Below are positions 49,970 to 63,340 of a stretch of DNA of 64,000 nt, in pieces (the stretch's first letter is position 1; each line of letters starts with the position of its first letter). The stretch comes from Felis catus (lineage: Eukaryota), in contig NC_058368.1 in the NCBI RefSeq assembly GCF_018350175.1, positions 171,308,001-171,372,000 on the forward strand. The letters run 5' to 3'. A model generated the notes under the pieces. That model saw only the letters and a program-made list of their open reading frames with translations. It did not search any database and was not told the DNA's origin. Position numbers and translations under genes: made by a program.

Positions 49970-50179
49970 TTTTTTTTTTAAATGTTTATTTATTTTTGAG
50001 ACAGAGAGGGACAGAGCATGAGCAGGGGAGGGTCAGAGAGAGATGGAGACACAGAATCCGGAGCAGGCTCCAGGCTCCGAGCTGTCAGCACAGAGCCCGA
50101 CGCGGGGCTCGAACTCAAGGACTGTGAGATCATGACCTGAGCGAAAGTCGGAAGCCTGACTGAGCCACCCAGGCTCCCC
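49970..50179 (-). mobile_element. Felid CanSINE
   Basis: TSD cctagcatctct. Confidence 0.96.
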
Positions 50180-53100
50180 TAGCATCTCTTGATAAGAGTC
50201 AGGAGTGCAGCCAATTGATCCTATAAAAGGAATATTAAGAAATTTTATCCAAATGATTTCTATCCAATTAATAACCCCCTATGTTACAGTTTATTGCATG
50301 TGAGGCCATTAACCAGTTTCCAATCTAACTTAACAACCTCATTCTAACATTCTCTTACTAAATTTCCTATAAATGCCCAGTTTCTCAAAATTCTCTTGCA
50401 GTCAGCTTTCCATCTTACTGGTTCCCTCATTAATTGAGGAGTTGAATAAAATCATTGATAGCTATTTAGATTTATATGAGTTCTGCTTTTAACTTTTTGG
50501 AAATTATATTTATGGGCAGGTCTAACAACCACCAGTGCAACAGAGCCTGTGGCAACTGGGCCAGCCCCTAGTCTGTGTTGCTGTTGCAACTCCACTACCA
50601 CCTCATGGAAATTCTGTCCATTTTCTCGACAAACGACTCAGCTGACTTGGGCGAGCATCATCATCCCTCTTCCAACATCAGTGTGCACTCTACCCTGCTT
50701 GAAATGGGGGAAAACTTTAACCCTCACACCAGCTCTTTGGCAAAAGGTCTTCCTAGGGCTTCAGGGAACACAGTTCCAGGCACCCTTGGACAATCACATA
50801 AAATCCCATTTAAATGGTACCCTCTGGAGTTGTGCATTGCGGATGGCTGGGGATAGATCCCAGGGAGAATTGTCTTGGGAGTATTTGTATTTTATCCATA
50901 CTCATTAAGCCTGTGGTTGTAAAATTTACCCACTCATCCAGAAGAAAAAGAACTATTCTAGGTCTACATCTGGGACTATACGACTAATAAAGAAAGTAGA
51001 TGATAGGTTGCTTACAGGTATATAATGAGCCTCAGTCTTTTCCATTTTCTTGCTTTTATGCAGAAAGTCATCTCCTTTTCTGTATGAGAAAATACAATTA
51101 GTCATCTATTGACTCTCAAACACTGAAGAAACACAAAGGTCCACAAAGGCAGTGCAAGCTCTACCGATTCCTTTCTAGGATACTTTTGCCTCAGAAGCAA
51201 ATTCTGGTTCTTCCCTCCAGCTGTATACACAGCCCGTGTACATGGTTTGCAGTGTAATGGCCCCTGGTAGGAATGATTTTGCTGAATTGCTGTTGGTGCA
51301 ACACCACTGATCTACACTGAAGCCTAGATAATCAACAACCCTCAGAGATGTATCACGACACCATAGGAGAACTCTGCTGAGAATATCATTCATTACATCA
51401 CACCATGTCATTTCCATTAAGGCTCCAGAAAATACCTGCCTGTCTCCAGCCTCAGTGACACTTCTGTAGCTTCAGTGCCAAAAATATATTATATAATATG
51501 TACCACTGAATCCACCCATATATTTCTTTTCTGAATAGCTTCAAAACATGAGACACAAACTTGACACCCTTGGTGGGTCTTTGTGGTTGGCATTTTTAAA
51601 AATTAATGTTATTTCTTGCTCCATTTTAATATCCATGTCTTTGTGTTGCTTTTGTCTGTTTTTCTTCAAAATTATATTATCTTGCATTCTACACCACCCT
51701 CTCCTACATACACATACATGCGTATGAGCACACACACAGTGGCAAATATCTGTAAACTTAAGATCTTTCTGAACAAGGCAGGCAGTGGAGGGAAGGAACG
51801 GTGAATTCTCTAAGGACAAGATGTAGTACTCTAGCCATCTATTAACTTAAGCCCTCATTATTACTCACACATCTTTTTCACCTATGATTCCCCACACCCT
51901 GTATTTTCCAACCTTTCTTTCCCACTTTTATCATGAGCAATAATCAGCTTATCCACCATTCAGTAAATTTTCGACAAATACAGTTCTTGATATTAGGGAC
52001 TTCTTTCAGTGTCGCAAGATACTGGAATATATTGGTTAAGGAGAGTCATTTGTTTGGGGAGAAGTGGTTTTTTGAATTAGTGGTCAGTAATTTGTGTATT
52101 CATGTCTCTGTGCAGCAAGAGTAAAATTTATTACTGCAGAATATGTTTCTGATTGTGTTTTAATCTTTCACTGGCCACTAGCAGCATATGAAGTACCAGA
52201 AACACCAGCATTAGACCTAATTACAGCCCAGTGGGCATGCTGCCTAAAATGGTCATCTTCTTGCTTCTGTCTAATATAATTTTATTTGTTTGGCTTACCC
52301 TGTCAATTTAGGTTTTATGTGTCATCTCTTATCCATTATTATTTTTAAAGGCCTATACATACATCGCCAAGAAAAGAAAAATCAAATTTGCACAAAACAT
52401 CTGAGTCCCAATTTTTTTATAAATTCTGAGATTTATTTCTTTAATAATGTATCAAGAGAATCTGAATAATAGCCTTTTTACAGATTTTAATGTTGCAAAT
52501 TCTAGATGTTAAACTTTTAGCCTTAATTCTTATAATTTCCAGGAATTCAAGAAATTTGGAAATAACTCCTTCAGAAACATACTTTACTACTGCATGATAA
52601 TTTCTTGTCTATCATGATTACTCTTAGAAGAGCTGGGACCAGGTGAAGGTTACCCTTTCCTCCAAAAGAGGCTCTGGTACTGAGTTTTACTCTTTGTGAG
52701 ACTACCTAAATATTTGTTAACTGTGAAAGGAAGACACACCTTCCATCATTTCATCTCTGCTGCCCTTGAGATGCTCCAGCTCTAACCCATGCTCCCTCTC
52801 TCAGCTCTCTGTATTCTTTGGCTCATAAGCAGACAACATAAGTGGGAAGCATCATTAGCATTAAACATGCAAAAGAAGGTGGGGAAGCAGCAATCCCTCT
52901 TCCTTTATTTAGACTTCATGAAGGCTCACAAAGACAGTAACGTAGAAAGAAATTACAGGGCTCAAATGGAGAGTTGTAAAAGTTCCCACACCAGAACAGT
53001 AATGTAACAAGGGCACTATAACTCATCCTCCCTACCCCTGATCCCCAACTCATCCAAGTGCTAGGACTGGATCAAGAATTCATGCTTTTTGTTGGCTACT

Positions 53101-53410
53101 TCTAAAAATTCCAGATAAGTGACAGCCATTTGGGCATGCTTCCTTCCTTGCAAATCCAAAAATGAAGGGACTGAAATCTAGCACCCCCCACCCCTCCCAC
53201 GGAGACATGTGAGTCACTCCAAAGCATCAGGAAAGTTTCTATTCTGGCAAAATGTCCACTCTCCCCTCCTTTCCTCATCCTCACAGCAGTTAGAAACACA
53301 CTGAGAAGCTTCTGGTTATTCCTGGTGTATACAGACCACATGCATTTACCTAGCCTACCCTTCAACACCCCACTAAGATGACATGGAGGTATGAGAAAAA
53401 ACCTATGCCT

Positions 53411-54062
53411 TGTATTAGTTTCTTGAAGCTGCTATAACAAAGTACCATAAACTTGGTGACCTAAAACAGAAGAAACTAGTTTCCTCGCAATTCTAGAGGC
53501 TAGAAATCTAAAAGCAGTATCACTGGGCAGAAATCAAGATGTCAGTAGAGCCTCTGCAGGCTCTGGAGGAAAAGCTGTTCCTTGCCTCCTCCAGCTTCTG
53601 GTGGCCATTGGCATCCCTTGCCTTATGACTGCATGACTGCATCACTTATCTCTGCCTCTGTGGCCACATTTCCTTCTCTTCTTCTGTCTGTAACAAATCT
53701 CCCTCTGTCTCCCTCTTATAAGGGTACTTGTGATTGCAACTAGGGCCCATCTGGATATCCAGGATAATATCCCATTTCAAGAGCTCTAATTCAATCACAC
53801 CTGCCAAGTCTTTGCCACATAAAGGAACACTCACAGTTTCCAGAGATTAGGACATGGATGTATTTTTTATTTTCAGGTTTGTTTATTTATTTTGAGAAGA
53901 TGCAGGGAGGGGCAGAGAGGGAGAGAGATGCAGGGCTCGAACCCACAAACCAGGAGATCGTGACCTGAGCCGAAATCAGGAGTCGGTTGCTCAACCGACT
54001 GAGTCACCCAGGTGCCCCAGGACATAGATGTCTTTTCAGGGAGCAATTATTCAGCCTAATAA
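53411..54062 (-). mobile_element. MaLR LTR (MLT1C-like), split by a SINE
   Basis: tgtattagtttc...gctgctataacaaagtaccataaacttggtg...gggcccatctggatatccaggataat...ttattcagccta. Confidence 0.9.
53863..54018 (-). mobile_element. CanSINE with an internal deletion
   Basis: TSD aggacatggatgt / aggacatagatgt. Confidence 0.93.
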
Positions 54063-54538
54063 GATACCAAGGCAGTAATCAACACAGTCCAAGAAAGCAC
54101 AATATTTTAGAAGAATAAAGTAGACGGAACAGTGAGGATTGCTGTAACAGAACAGGGGAGGGGGGGGATACTAACAAAAAGTTAGGTGCTGCATCTACTT
54201 AGCATCCCTCTCCCAACCTTACAGGAGGGCACTGATTATTCTCTGGAGACATAACTGTCAGGAAGGCCTCACAGTCATGGCCATCAAGGAGAATGGAGGG
54301 GAGGAATATGGCACAGGAAGAAAACTAGGAAAAACTCAAAGTCTCCATGGTGAACTGAAGGGTTTGTAAGCCCCTTCCTCTGACTTACTCCCAAAATTCC
54401 ACCATATAGCCCAAAGTCATGGAAGTGAGGGATTCTTTCCTGGAAGAAAATGAACAATTTCAGAAAAGTGCACCTACAAATAATAACATTTGGGGGCATC
54501 CCAATGAAAAGACCAGCTCCTTCCCTTAGGTCCTATAG

Positions 54539-55916
54539 CAGAGGTTCTTAAATTTTTTGGTCCCAGAACTTCCTTATACTTCCAAAAATTATTGAAAGCT
54601 CCAAAGAGCTCTTGTTTTACAAAGTATAGCTATCAATTTTGCCACTTTAGAAATGAAATTAGGAATTGTAAAAAATACTCATTAATTCATTTCAAAATAA
54701 CAATACAAACCTCCTATATAATAACATAAATAACATATTTTTATGGAAAATAACCAATTACACAAAACAAAAAATTTTTAGTGGGAGAGTGGTATTTTTG
54801 GTAACCTCTTTAATGTCTCCCAAAATACATGTGGGTTCTCATATCTACTTCTGCATTTAATTTGTTGCAACATATTGTTTTGGTTGAAGTAGATGAAGAA
54901 AATGCAGCTTCACACTAATACATAGCTGGCAAAGGGAAAATAATTTTAATAGCCTTTTCAATTAATTATGGACTGGGACTATACCACAACTTGAAAAGCT
55001 AAAGTTTCCTAAAGGTTAACTGCAAGGCAGAATCTGAAACCATATCCTCGAACTTTTTGTACTCTGTTACACTGAAGTCCATTGGTCTATTCTGCACTTT
55101 GAAAGTATCTTTTAGCCATGCACGATTTGGTAACACCATGCTTCTATCATTTCAAAAATCTTTACTCACTGAGTTATACAAATTTCCCAAATGTTGACAC
55201 ATTTCATTAGATGATATCAAAAGAAATCACATTTATGATATTACCACTGATCTCATCAGAAGATTCTGTAACTAGTGGTAAGCTGTCAAGTTCCCAGTGG
55301 CCAATACAAGTTTTCCAAATTTCTGATTTTTCTTGAAAGCCTGAATTTTATCATTGGCAATAAATATTGTCAGTTGTTCTCCTTAAGTGACAGGCTCACT
55401 TTGTGTTAAAAAACTGTCTGCCAAATACCCAAGTCCGACTAACCATAGTTTGTCAGTCATTCTTTCAAGTAAAAATGGTTATGGATCCATGGGGGAAAAA
55501 AATGGCGACTTCAATTCTCACCTGAAACAATTGCACTAATGCTTTTTCTTCAAATAGCCATTGTACTACAGTATTTGGCACAAGTGCTGTTAGGCATACT
55601 TGCCATTTTCTCACATAAAATATTATGAGATGTGTACTTAATCTATAAGTTTTACTGTTTCACTAAGGTCAATCTTGAGTGAAACCAGCGTATTTTTACA
55701 ACAGCATGTGGTGGTAAAGAATACTGGTATAGCTTGGTGCCATTTCCTTTGTTCATGGCAAAGGTTTCAGCAGTTTTATCCATCAGTGTTTTGCACCACC
55801 AATGAAAAGGCAAATGAGACCTGGTATTAATATGAAAATACTTTTGACCTCGTGAACTCCTGACAAGTTTCTCTGAGACCTCAGTGTCCTTAAACACTGA
55901 GGTTTGAAAACCACTG
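54539..55916. mobile_element. Charlie1a-like hAT DNA transposon (non-autonomous, both ends present)
   Basis: Terminal inverted repeats cagaggttcttaaa / tttgaaaaccactg; subterminal aaaaattattga...ccaaagagct; decayed 8-bp TSD tcctatag / ccctacaa; 1378 bp. Confidence 0.88.
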
Positions 55917-56004
55917 CCCTACAATGAAATGAACAAACCTGCTCTTCATTGTGCATTTTAATGCTTATGTAAAATTATGAAGAGTTAATTAAGAATCATG
56001 TTCA

Positions 56005-56815
56005 TGATGGACTTCTCCAAAACCACTCAGGCTCAGTGATTCACTAGAAAAACTCACAGGACTAGTAAAGCTGTTATACTCCCGGTTATATTAATAAAAG
56101 GATACAGATTAGAATCAGTAAAAGGAAAATGTATATGGGGTAAAGTCCAAGAAAAGCCAGGCACAACCTTCCAGGTTTCCCCTTTCAGTGGAATCATATA
56201 AGAATGCACTTAATCCAGGGTACCTGGGTGGCTCAGTTGGTTGAGCGGCTGACTTCAGCTCAGGTCATGGTCTCGTGGTTCATGGGTTCGAGCCCCGTAT
56301 TTGGCTCTCTGCTGTCAGTGAAGAACCTGCTTCAGATCCTCTGGCTCCCTCTCTCTGCCCCTCCCTGTGCTGTCTCTCTCTCTCAAAAATAAATAAACAT
56401 TTAAAAAATTTTTAAAAAAAGAATGCATATAATCCTCCCAGCAATAATATGTGACACATGCAAAGTGTTGTCAAATGGGGAAGCTCACCTGAGCCTTTGG
56501 TGTCCAGGGTTTTCATTTGAGGTCAGTCATGTAGACAAGTAGTACCTGTATGACTGACCTCAGCTACTCAGACTTCAGGCTCCTTCCTCCAGAGCAAAAC
56601 CAGGAATGCATCATGAATCACTTTGTTAGCATAAACTGTTGGATTGCACTGGTACAGTGTGGTCTGAGGCCTCAAACATACAAAATCAATCTTATATTCG
56701 AAGGGCTCAGAATTTATCTTCCAGGAGCCAACCAAGAATCAGTCTTGAAGACAGGCCTTTGTTTGAGATTGGCTGGTTTTAATGCAGTCCTGCTAAGTTA
56801 ACCCTTTCCTGCTCA
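56005..56815 (-). mobile_element. MER21-like LTR, split by a SINE
   Basis: gattcactagaaaaactcacaggact...aaggatacagattagaatcag...ggaagctcac...ttaaccctttcctgc. Confidence 0.85.
56218..56420 (+). mobile_element. CanSINE
   Basis: TSD aagaatgcacttaatcc / aagaatgcatataatcc. Confidence 0.95.
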
Positions 56816-56819
56816 ACCT

Positions 56820-57870
56820 GCCTCCAACATGAAAGAAAAAGATAAAGACCAAGAGCTGAAAGAAACATAGAAGGGACAGAAATGAAGCAAAAGACAAAAA
56901 AAAAAAAAAAAAAGATATTGCTACACAATGATCAGAGGATAGGAAAGAGCTCTTAAAAACTAATCATCATAAAACATCCAAAATAAAGAAATCAATCAAA
57001 TGGTCGAAAGTTAAAATAGAAGACATCATTGGGGCGCCTGGGTGGCTCAGTCGGTTAAACGTCCGACTTCAGCTCAGGTCATGATCTCGCGGTCCATGAG
57101 TTCGAGCCCTGCATCAGGCTCTGGGCTGATGGCTCAGAGCCTGGAGCCTGCTTCTGATTCTGTGTCTCCCTCTCTCGCTGCCCCTCCCTCGTTCATGCTC
57201 TGTCTCTCTCTGTCTCAAAAATAAATAAACGTTAAAAAAATTAAAAAAAAATGAAATAGAAGACATCATTGAGAAAGTAGAGCAAAAAACTAGAGTCAGA
57301 AAATATTAAAAGAAGGGTTAAAAAAAGTCCTCTAGAATTGATCTATGGTGGCCAATGAATGACAGGAGTACTAAAATGAAAGAGCAGGGAGGAATAGGTT
57401 AAAGAAGTAACACATTTCCCCAAAACTGAAAAACAAGAGTCTCCAGTGTGAAAGAGTCAACCAAGTGACAACAGCAATGAAAGGATATGCATCGTTTCAA
57501 AATTTCAGAATGCCAGAGATAGTGAGAAGATCCTGAAAGTTTCTAGAGAGAGAATGCCTGTCAATACAAAAGAATAAAAATGAGAATGGCACCAAACCTC
57601 ACAATAACAATACTAAATGCTGAAATACAGTGGAGTGATGCTTCAAGATCTAAGGGAAAATATTTTTTCTACTTAAAATTCTTTTCCAAGCCAAAATATC
57701 AATCAAGTGTGAAGATAAAATAGTTTTGACACAAAAGGGGTTTTTAAATGAACATCTTATGCACTCTTTTGAAGGATATGCTTCAGCAAACAAGAGAGTC
57801 AGTCAACAAAGAGAAATTCATGCATTCCAGGCTCCAACAAAGTGGCTCGAACAAAGGAGACAAAGAAAAG
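56820..57870 (+). mobile_element. Old L1 ORF1-region remnant
   Basis: aaaatttcagaatgccagagat...ccaagccaaaatatcaatcaagtgtgaagataaaat. Confidence 0.7.
57031..57253 (+). mobile_element. Young felid CanSINE
   Basis: Perfect 17-bp TSD aaatagaagacatcatt. Confidence 0.97.
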
Positions 57871-58024
57871 TCCAGTAGGATCATATGCATCACTCTGTCT
57901 TCCAGAACACACAACCTCTGGTGGGCAGTACCAGTCTACACAGGTTGGTCATATAACGTCCTTTAACTCTCAAAAATATCCAGATTTGACGATAAATTAC
58001 GTGGTCATTTTAATTATAAGTCAT

Positions 58025-58439
58025 TGTATTATCAAACAGCTTAGCTAAATTATTCTGTGGTAACAAATGACCCTGAAATCTGAGTTGTTGACAAGAAGAT
58101 GAATGGGTTTATTTCCCACTCATGTTCACCACGGGTGTCTCTTCTTTTTGCCTTCATTACAAAGGTCAAGGCTGAAATAAAAGATCCTTGTTAAGAGATG
58201 CCAATTTTGAAGCAGAAGGAAAAAATGATGGCAGAACCACAATATGGCTCCTAAAGCCCCTGCTTAGAAGTGGCACATATCACTTTCACTCACATCTTAT
58301 TGGCCAAAGCAAGTTACATAGCCAAATCTTATCACTGAGTTTAGAATTAAAAACCACCCATAGTGTGGGTTCCAGTAAGGAGAGAATCCGTTGGGGTTGG
58401 TGGAAGTAAATTATTTTTTAAAATAATTTACTTTACCAC
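58025..58439 (-). mobile_element. MaLR LTR (MLT1I/J-like)
   Basis: tgtggtaacaaatgaccctgaaatc...cacatcttattggccaaagcaagttacatagcc. Confidence 0.75.
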
Positions 58440-59754
58440 AGGTATTTAGAATTACTTAGTTTTAAAACTCTGTACATGTTTCACTTTAATCTAAATAAAA
58501 ATTTATTTTAAAGTAGTAATTCATGAAAAACCTTAATTCTTGTCCAGGGAGCAGTCACTTGGATAGCTGTGCATTAAATCCTGGCATTATTCGTCAATAC
58601 AGAACTAATGTTGTTTCATGGAAGTTATAAGTAATATCAGAGCTCTCCAAGTGAGCAATGTAGATCACTAGGTAAGACTCTAGTCACTAGTGACTTACCA
58701 TATGACAGGCATAAGCTTTCAACACAGCCACGCAGTGACAAATTGACCTAAATCTGTGTATTCATTCATTCCTTCAATTAGCACACATGTACTGAATACT
58801 GGAAATCCAAACTCAATTAAGATTATATAACTGCCTCCAAGGAGCCCTAAATCTTGTTGAAGATGTGACAATCCTGATAATACATGTGGATGTATACCAT
58901 CATGTTTTTTTACAAAGTTCTTTATGAGCACTGTTGGGTTGACCTCGTTCACTGGTCTGTATCTCACTGTCTCCTTCCTGCTGTGGCCTAGTTGAGGTAC
59001 TTAGAAATATCTGTAATTCTTAAACTATATGGCATTTCTCCTAAGTAGTTAAGTGACCAAATATTCTACAATGACACACTTTTTTTTTCTTAAGTTTCAT
59101 GTTAAGTAATCATTTCATGCTATCTATCCGGAACATCTTTCTCTGATAGTCACTGCCAATAGCATAAAGGAATACAGAAGCACCATTGTAGGAACTGCCA
59201 TTTCCCAAAGAAAATCTCATTCCAATTAGATCCATTTACATAAGAATCCTGATTAAGAGAGCCTAAATTTCACAATTGTAATACCCCAAATTACCAGCTA
59301 ATGTGTAAACTTTCAGTGGTAAGCAAAAAACAAAACAAAACAAAAACAGTAACAACCAAGTAGAATGAAAGTGTAGAGCATCTTAAATGAAGGTAAACCA
59401 GGTAAGAACCAGACTAGGTGAAATGTCAGGCTGCCACTGATGGTGTTCCCTAAAGACCTCTCCTCACTGATCCACATGCTGAATCATGAGTAATGACTGA
59501 GTTCCTTCTCCGGGTTGCACATTCCTAAATCTGCAATACATGTCTTCCACCCCTCCCTTGACTTCTACTCACTTCATGAGATCAGCCAAGCCTACTGTTT
59601 CTAAAGTCAAGGCAGATCTCAGACACCACCTCCATTATCTGAGGGAAAAAGTATTTCCTTTCATTTTACCCAAGCTGACATCACCTAGGAGTAGAGAAAG
59701 ATGAGAAAATGTAGGCAAAAACCTTCTGAGAGCTGTGCTTTATCACCCACTGGG

Positions 59755-59955
59755 AATAGTGCTTGTTATGCAACATCTCATTTTATCTTCTCATGAGACC
59801 AGTGGGAACTTCAAATCTCCATCTTACCAACAAAAAAATTATGTCCCAGAAATCTTAACACTTTGCCCAAGATCACATTACTAGTAACTGGTGGAGCTAG
59901 GATTGAACCCATGTGGACTTCAGAGCCCATGACCTTAATTGTATATTATACTGCT
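59755..59955 (-). mobile_element. MIR
   Basis: ctttgcccaagatcacattactagtaactggtggagctaggattgaaccca. Confidence 0.85.
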
Positions 59956-60015
59956 TCTATGGCTGCAAATATGGAAGAGAATGTAGTAATAGAAACTCCA
60001 CAGTAGCAAATATCT

Positions 60016-60211
60016 TTTTTTTTTTTTTGAGAGAGAGAGAGAGAGAGAACCCAAGCAGGAGAGGGGCAGAGAAATAGGGAGAGAGAATCTTAAGCAGGCT
60101 TCACACCCAGTGCAAAGCCAAAGAGGGGCTCTATCTCATGACAGTGAGATCATGACCTGACCCGAAATCAAGAGTCAGTTGCTTCACTGACTGAGTTACC
60201 CAGTGACTCTC
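60016..60211 (-). mobile_element. CanSINE
   Basis: TSD agtagcaaatatct. Confidence 0.94.
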
Positions 60212-62185
60212 AAAGTAGCAAATATCTCGACTATGCACCAATTCAAGTCAATCTGCAGATAGATCAAGGGAACTAGTTAGAAACTCATGTGGAACACGAG
60301 TTTTATGTGGAACATCCACCTTTCCTTTCAAACATCCCCAGCTGGAACAACAAATGCCAAATGACTTGAACACAGTAAGAGGCTAACAATATTAGCTGGG
60401 TGAATTTACTCAACAATCTCAACAAGAACCTACACAAAATACCTTAAAAGCTAAATATGTTCATGCTACTTCCTAGAGCTAGTACAGCAGTTTGATTTAT
60501 TGACAACAATTTGTTCCTTGTTGGGGAAAAAAATCTTACCAGACAGGAGATTTCATATGCATACTCACTGCAAGTTAATAACATCAGGAATTTCAAGAAC
60601 AGTGAAAGAGAATAGTGTTTTTTAGTTGATAAATAAAATGTTTAGTTTTAAAATATATCATGTCTGTTCTAGTTGTAATTTGAGCAACATTAAAAATTAA
60701 AACAAAAATTGTTTTAATTTATTAGTAGCCATATTTTGTAGAATCAAGTTTTTACTTATAATCTATTATCAGTAAGGAAAAAGACTTGTAACAACACACA
60801 TATAACACTTACAATTTATTTTTCAGCAGAGATATTCAAGATATTTGTATTTCAAATGTTATATATACTCCAGATATCTAAACCCACTTGTATTTATTCT
60901 TTAAAAGGAAAAAAGGTCAATTTCTAATTTCACAGAACATTAGTGTGTACTTTGAAAGTATTGATTTTTGCCTCTGACAGAGTTATTTCATTCCATTAGA
61001 AAATTATGGCCTAGAGGTTATTAGAAACATAGCAGAATATTACATGTGCATGATGGCAATTTGTTACTGAGTTTTCTCAATTTTATTCCCTGTAGATTTC
61101 CATTTCCCTTCATACAGATTGCCAGACATGCCATACTAAAAAAAAAAGGAATGATAAGAAATTTTAATTTGTTAATTGGATTAGAAGAATTTTCAGAATT
61201 ATTATTCAGATCATTGGTATATTTTAAGTTATATTATTTACATATTCTAGGAATAAAAATAAATACAACTGAGAATTTTCACTTATATTCACTAAAATAT
61301 TCACAGAATTATTCAAACTAGATTATACAAAGCAAAATTCTTCAACATTTACTTTGATTAGCAAGTATTGGTATATCTATAAGTTGTTTTTATTTCCCAA
61401 ATTCAACTGATAGGAATTATTTTATTTTTAAAGGATATATTATCCTATCCTGAACATACTGCATGGCATTTTTTTGGAATAAGCAAAGTGGAATAATGAA
61501 AACAAAATCTTGGGACACTCAGCTATTCTAGTCGGTTTAATCTGAAAAAAGGAAAGGCAGAGAGAAGGTAAGGACATCATACAGGATACATCACATGCAC
61601 AAACACTTTTTAAACTGTATAACTGTATGAAAACTAAAGATATTATTATTCAGAAATAATGACACATTTTTAGCATCAAAAAAGACAAAATATACTGTGA
61701 GAACTATAAAACACTGATTAAAGAAACTGAAGATGACACAAACAGAAAGGTATTCCATGCTCATGGATTGAAAGAACAAATATTGTTAAAACGTCCATTC
61801 TACCCAAAGCAATCTACAGATTTAATGCAATCTCTATCAAAACATCAATAGCATCTCTCACAGAAGTAGAACAAAAAATCCTAGAATTTGTATGGAACCA
61901 CAAAAGACCCTGAATGGTGAAAAAGTCTTGAAAAAGAAGAATAAAATTGGAGGTATTACAATTCCAGATATCAAGAGATACTACAAATCTGTAGTAATTG
62001 AAAAAAAATAGTGTGGTACTGGCACAAAAAGAGATACATAGATCAATGAAACAGAATAGAGATCCCAGAAATAAACTCATGATTTATATGGTCAATTAAT
62101 CTTTGAAAAAGGAGGCAAGAATATCCAAAGGGAAAAAGACAGTCTTTTCAACAAACAGTGTTGGGAAAACTGAACAGCTACATAC

Positions 62186-62298
62186 AAAAAGAAAAAGAAA
62201 AAGAAAAAGAGAAAGAAAAAGAGAAAGAAAAAGAAAAAGAAAAAGAAAAAGAAAAAGAAAAAGAAAAAGAAAAAGAAAAAGAAAAAGAAAGAAAGAAA
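62186..62298. repeat. (GAAAAA)n hexanucleotide microsatellite inside the L1
   Basis: Directly visible. Confidence 0.97.
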
Positions 62299-62642
62299 GG
62301 GAGGAAGAAACAACCACATTCTCACATCATACACAAAAACTCAAAATGGATTAAAGACCTAAATGTGAGACCTGAAACTATAAAAATCCTAAAAAAGAGC
62401 ACAGACAGTAATTTCTCAGATATCAGTTGTAGCAACATTTTTATAGATATGTGTCCTCAGGCTAGTGGAACAAAAGTTAAAATAAACTATTAGGACTACC
62501 TCAAAATAAAAACCTCTGCGAAGCACAGGAAACAATCAACAGAAGTAAAAGACAACCTACTCAATGGGAGAAAATACTTGCAAATGACATATCTGATAAA
62601 GGGTTAGTCTCCAAAATATATAAAGAACTTATACAACTCAAC

Positions 62643-62677
<35 letters not shown>

Positions 62678-63134
62678 ACAGATAATCTAATTTTTAAAAA
62701 CCCAGGCATTTCTCCAAAGAAGACATACAGATGGCCAACAGACACATGAAAAGATTCTCAACATCACTCATCATCAGGGAAATAAAAATCAAAACCACAA
62801 TGAAATATCACCTCACACCTGTCAGAATGGCTAAAATAAAAAAAGAAACAAGTTGTTGGCAAGGATGTGGAGAAAAAGGAATCCTCATGCACCATTGGTG
62901 GGAATGTAAACTGGTGCAGTCACCGTGGAAAACAGTATGGCTGTTCCTTAAAAAATTAAAAATAGAATTACCACACAATTTCACTAGTGGATATTTACCC
63001 AAAGAATACAAAAACACTAATTCAAAAAGATATATGCACCACTATGTTTATTGCAGCAATATTTACAATAGCCAAATTATGGAAGGAGCCCAAGTGTCCA
63101 TCAATAGATGAATGTATAAAAAAGACCTGATATT

Positions 63135-63340
63135 AGGCACCTGTTGATGCTCAGTTGAACATCAAACTCTTGATTTTGGCTCAGGTCATGATCCCAGGGT
63201 TGTGGGATTGAGCCCCATGTCAGGCTCTGCGCTGATCTTGGAGCCTATTTGAGATTCTTTCTCCCTCTCTCTCTCTCTCTCTCTCTCTGCCCCTCTACCC
63301 TGCTCTCTCTCTAATAAAAAAAATTTTTAATAAAAAAAAA
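63135..63340 (+). mobile_element. Older CanSINE inside the L1
   Basis: SINEC body; TSD aaaagacctgatat / aaaagatgtgatat. Confidence 0.92.

Noticed and set aside
60288..60316. Direct repeat atgtggaaca x2 (and the ctgatcct repeats at ~23370-23405)
   Set aside because: Short local slippage-scale repeats with no further structure.
62092..62493. KR/KE-repeat and poly-Phe ORFs resembling NLS-rich proteins
   Set aside because: Translation of the (GAAAAA)n repeat within a dead L1.
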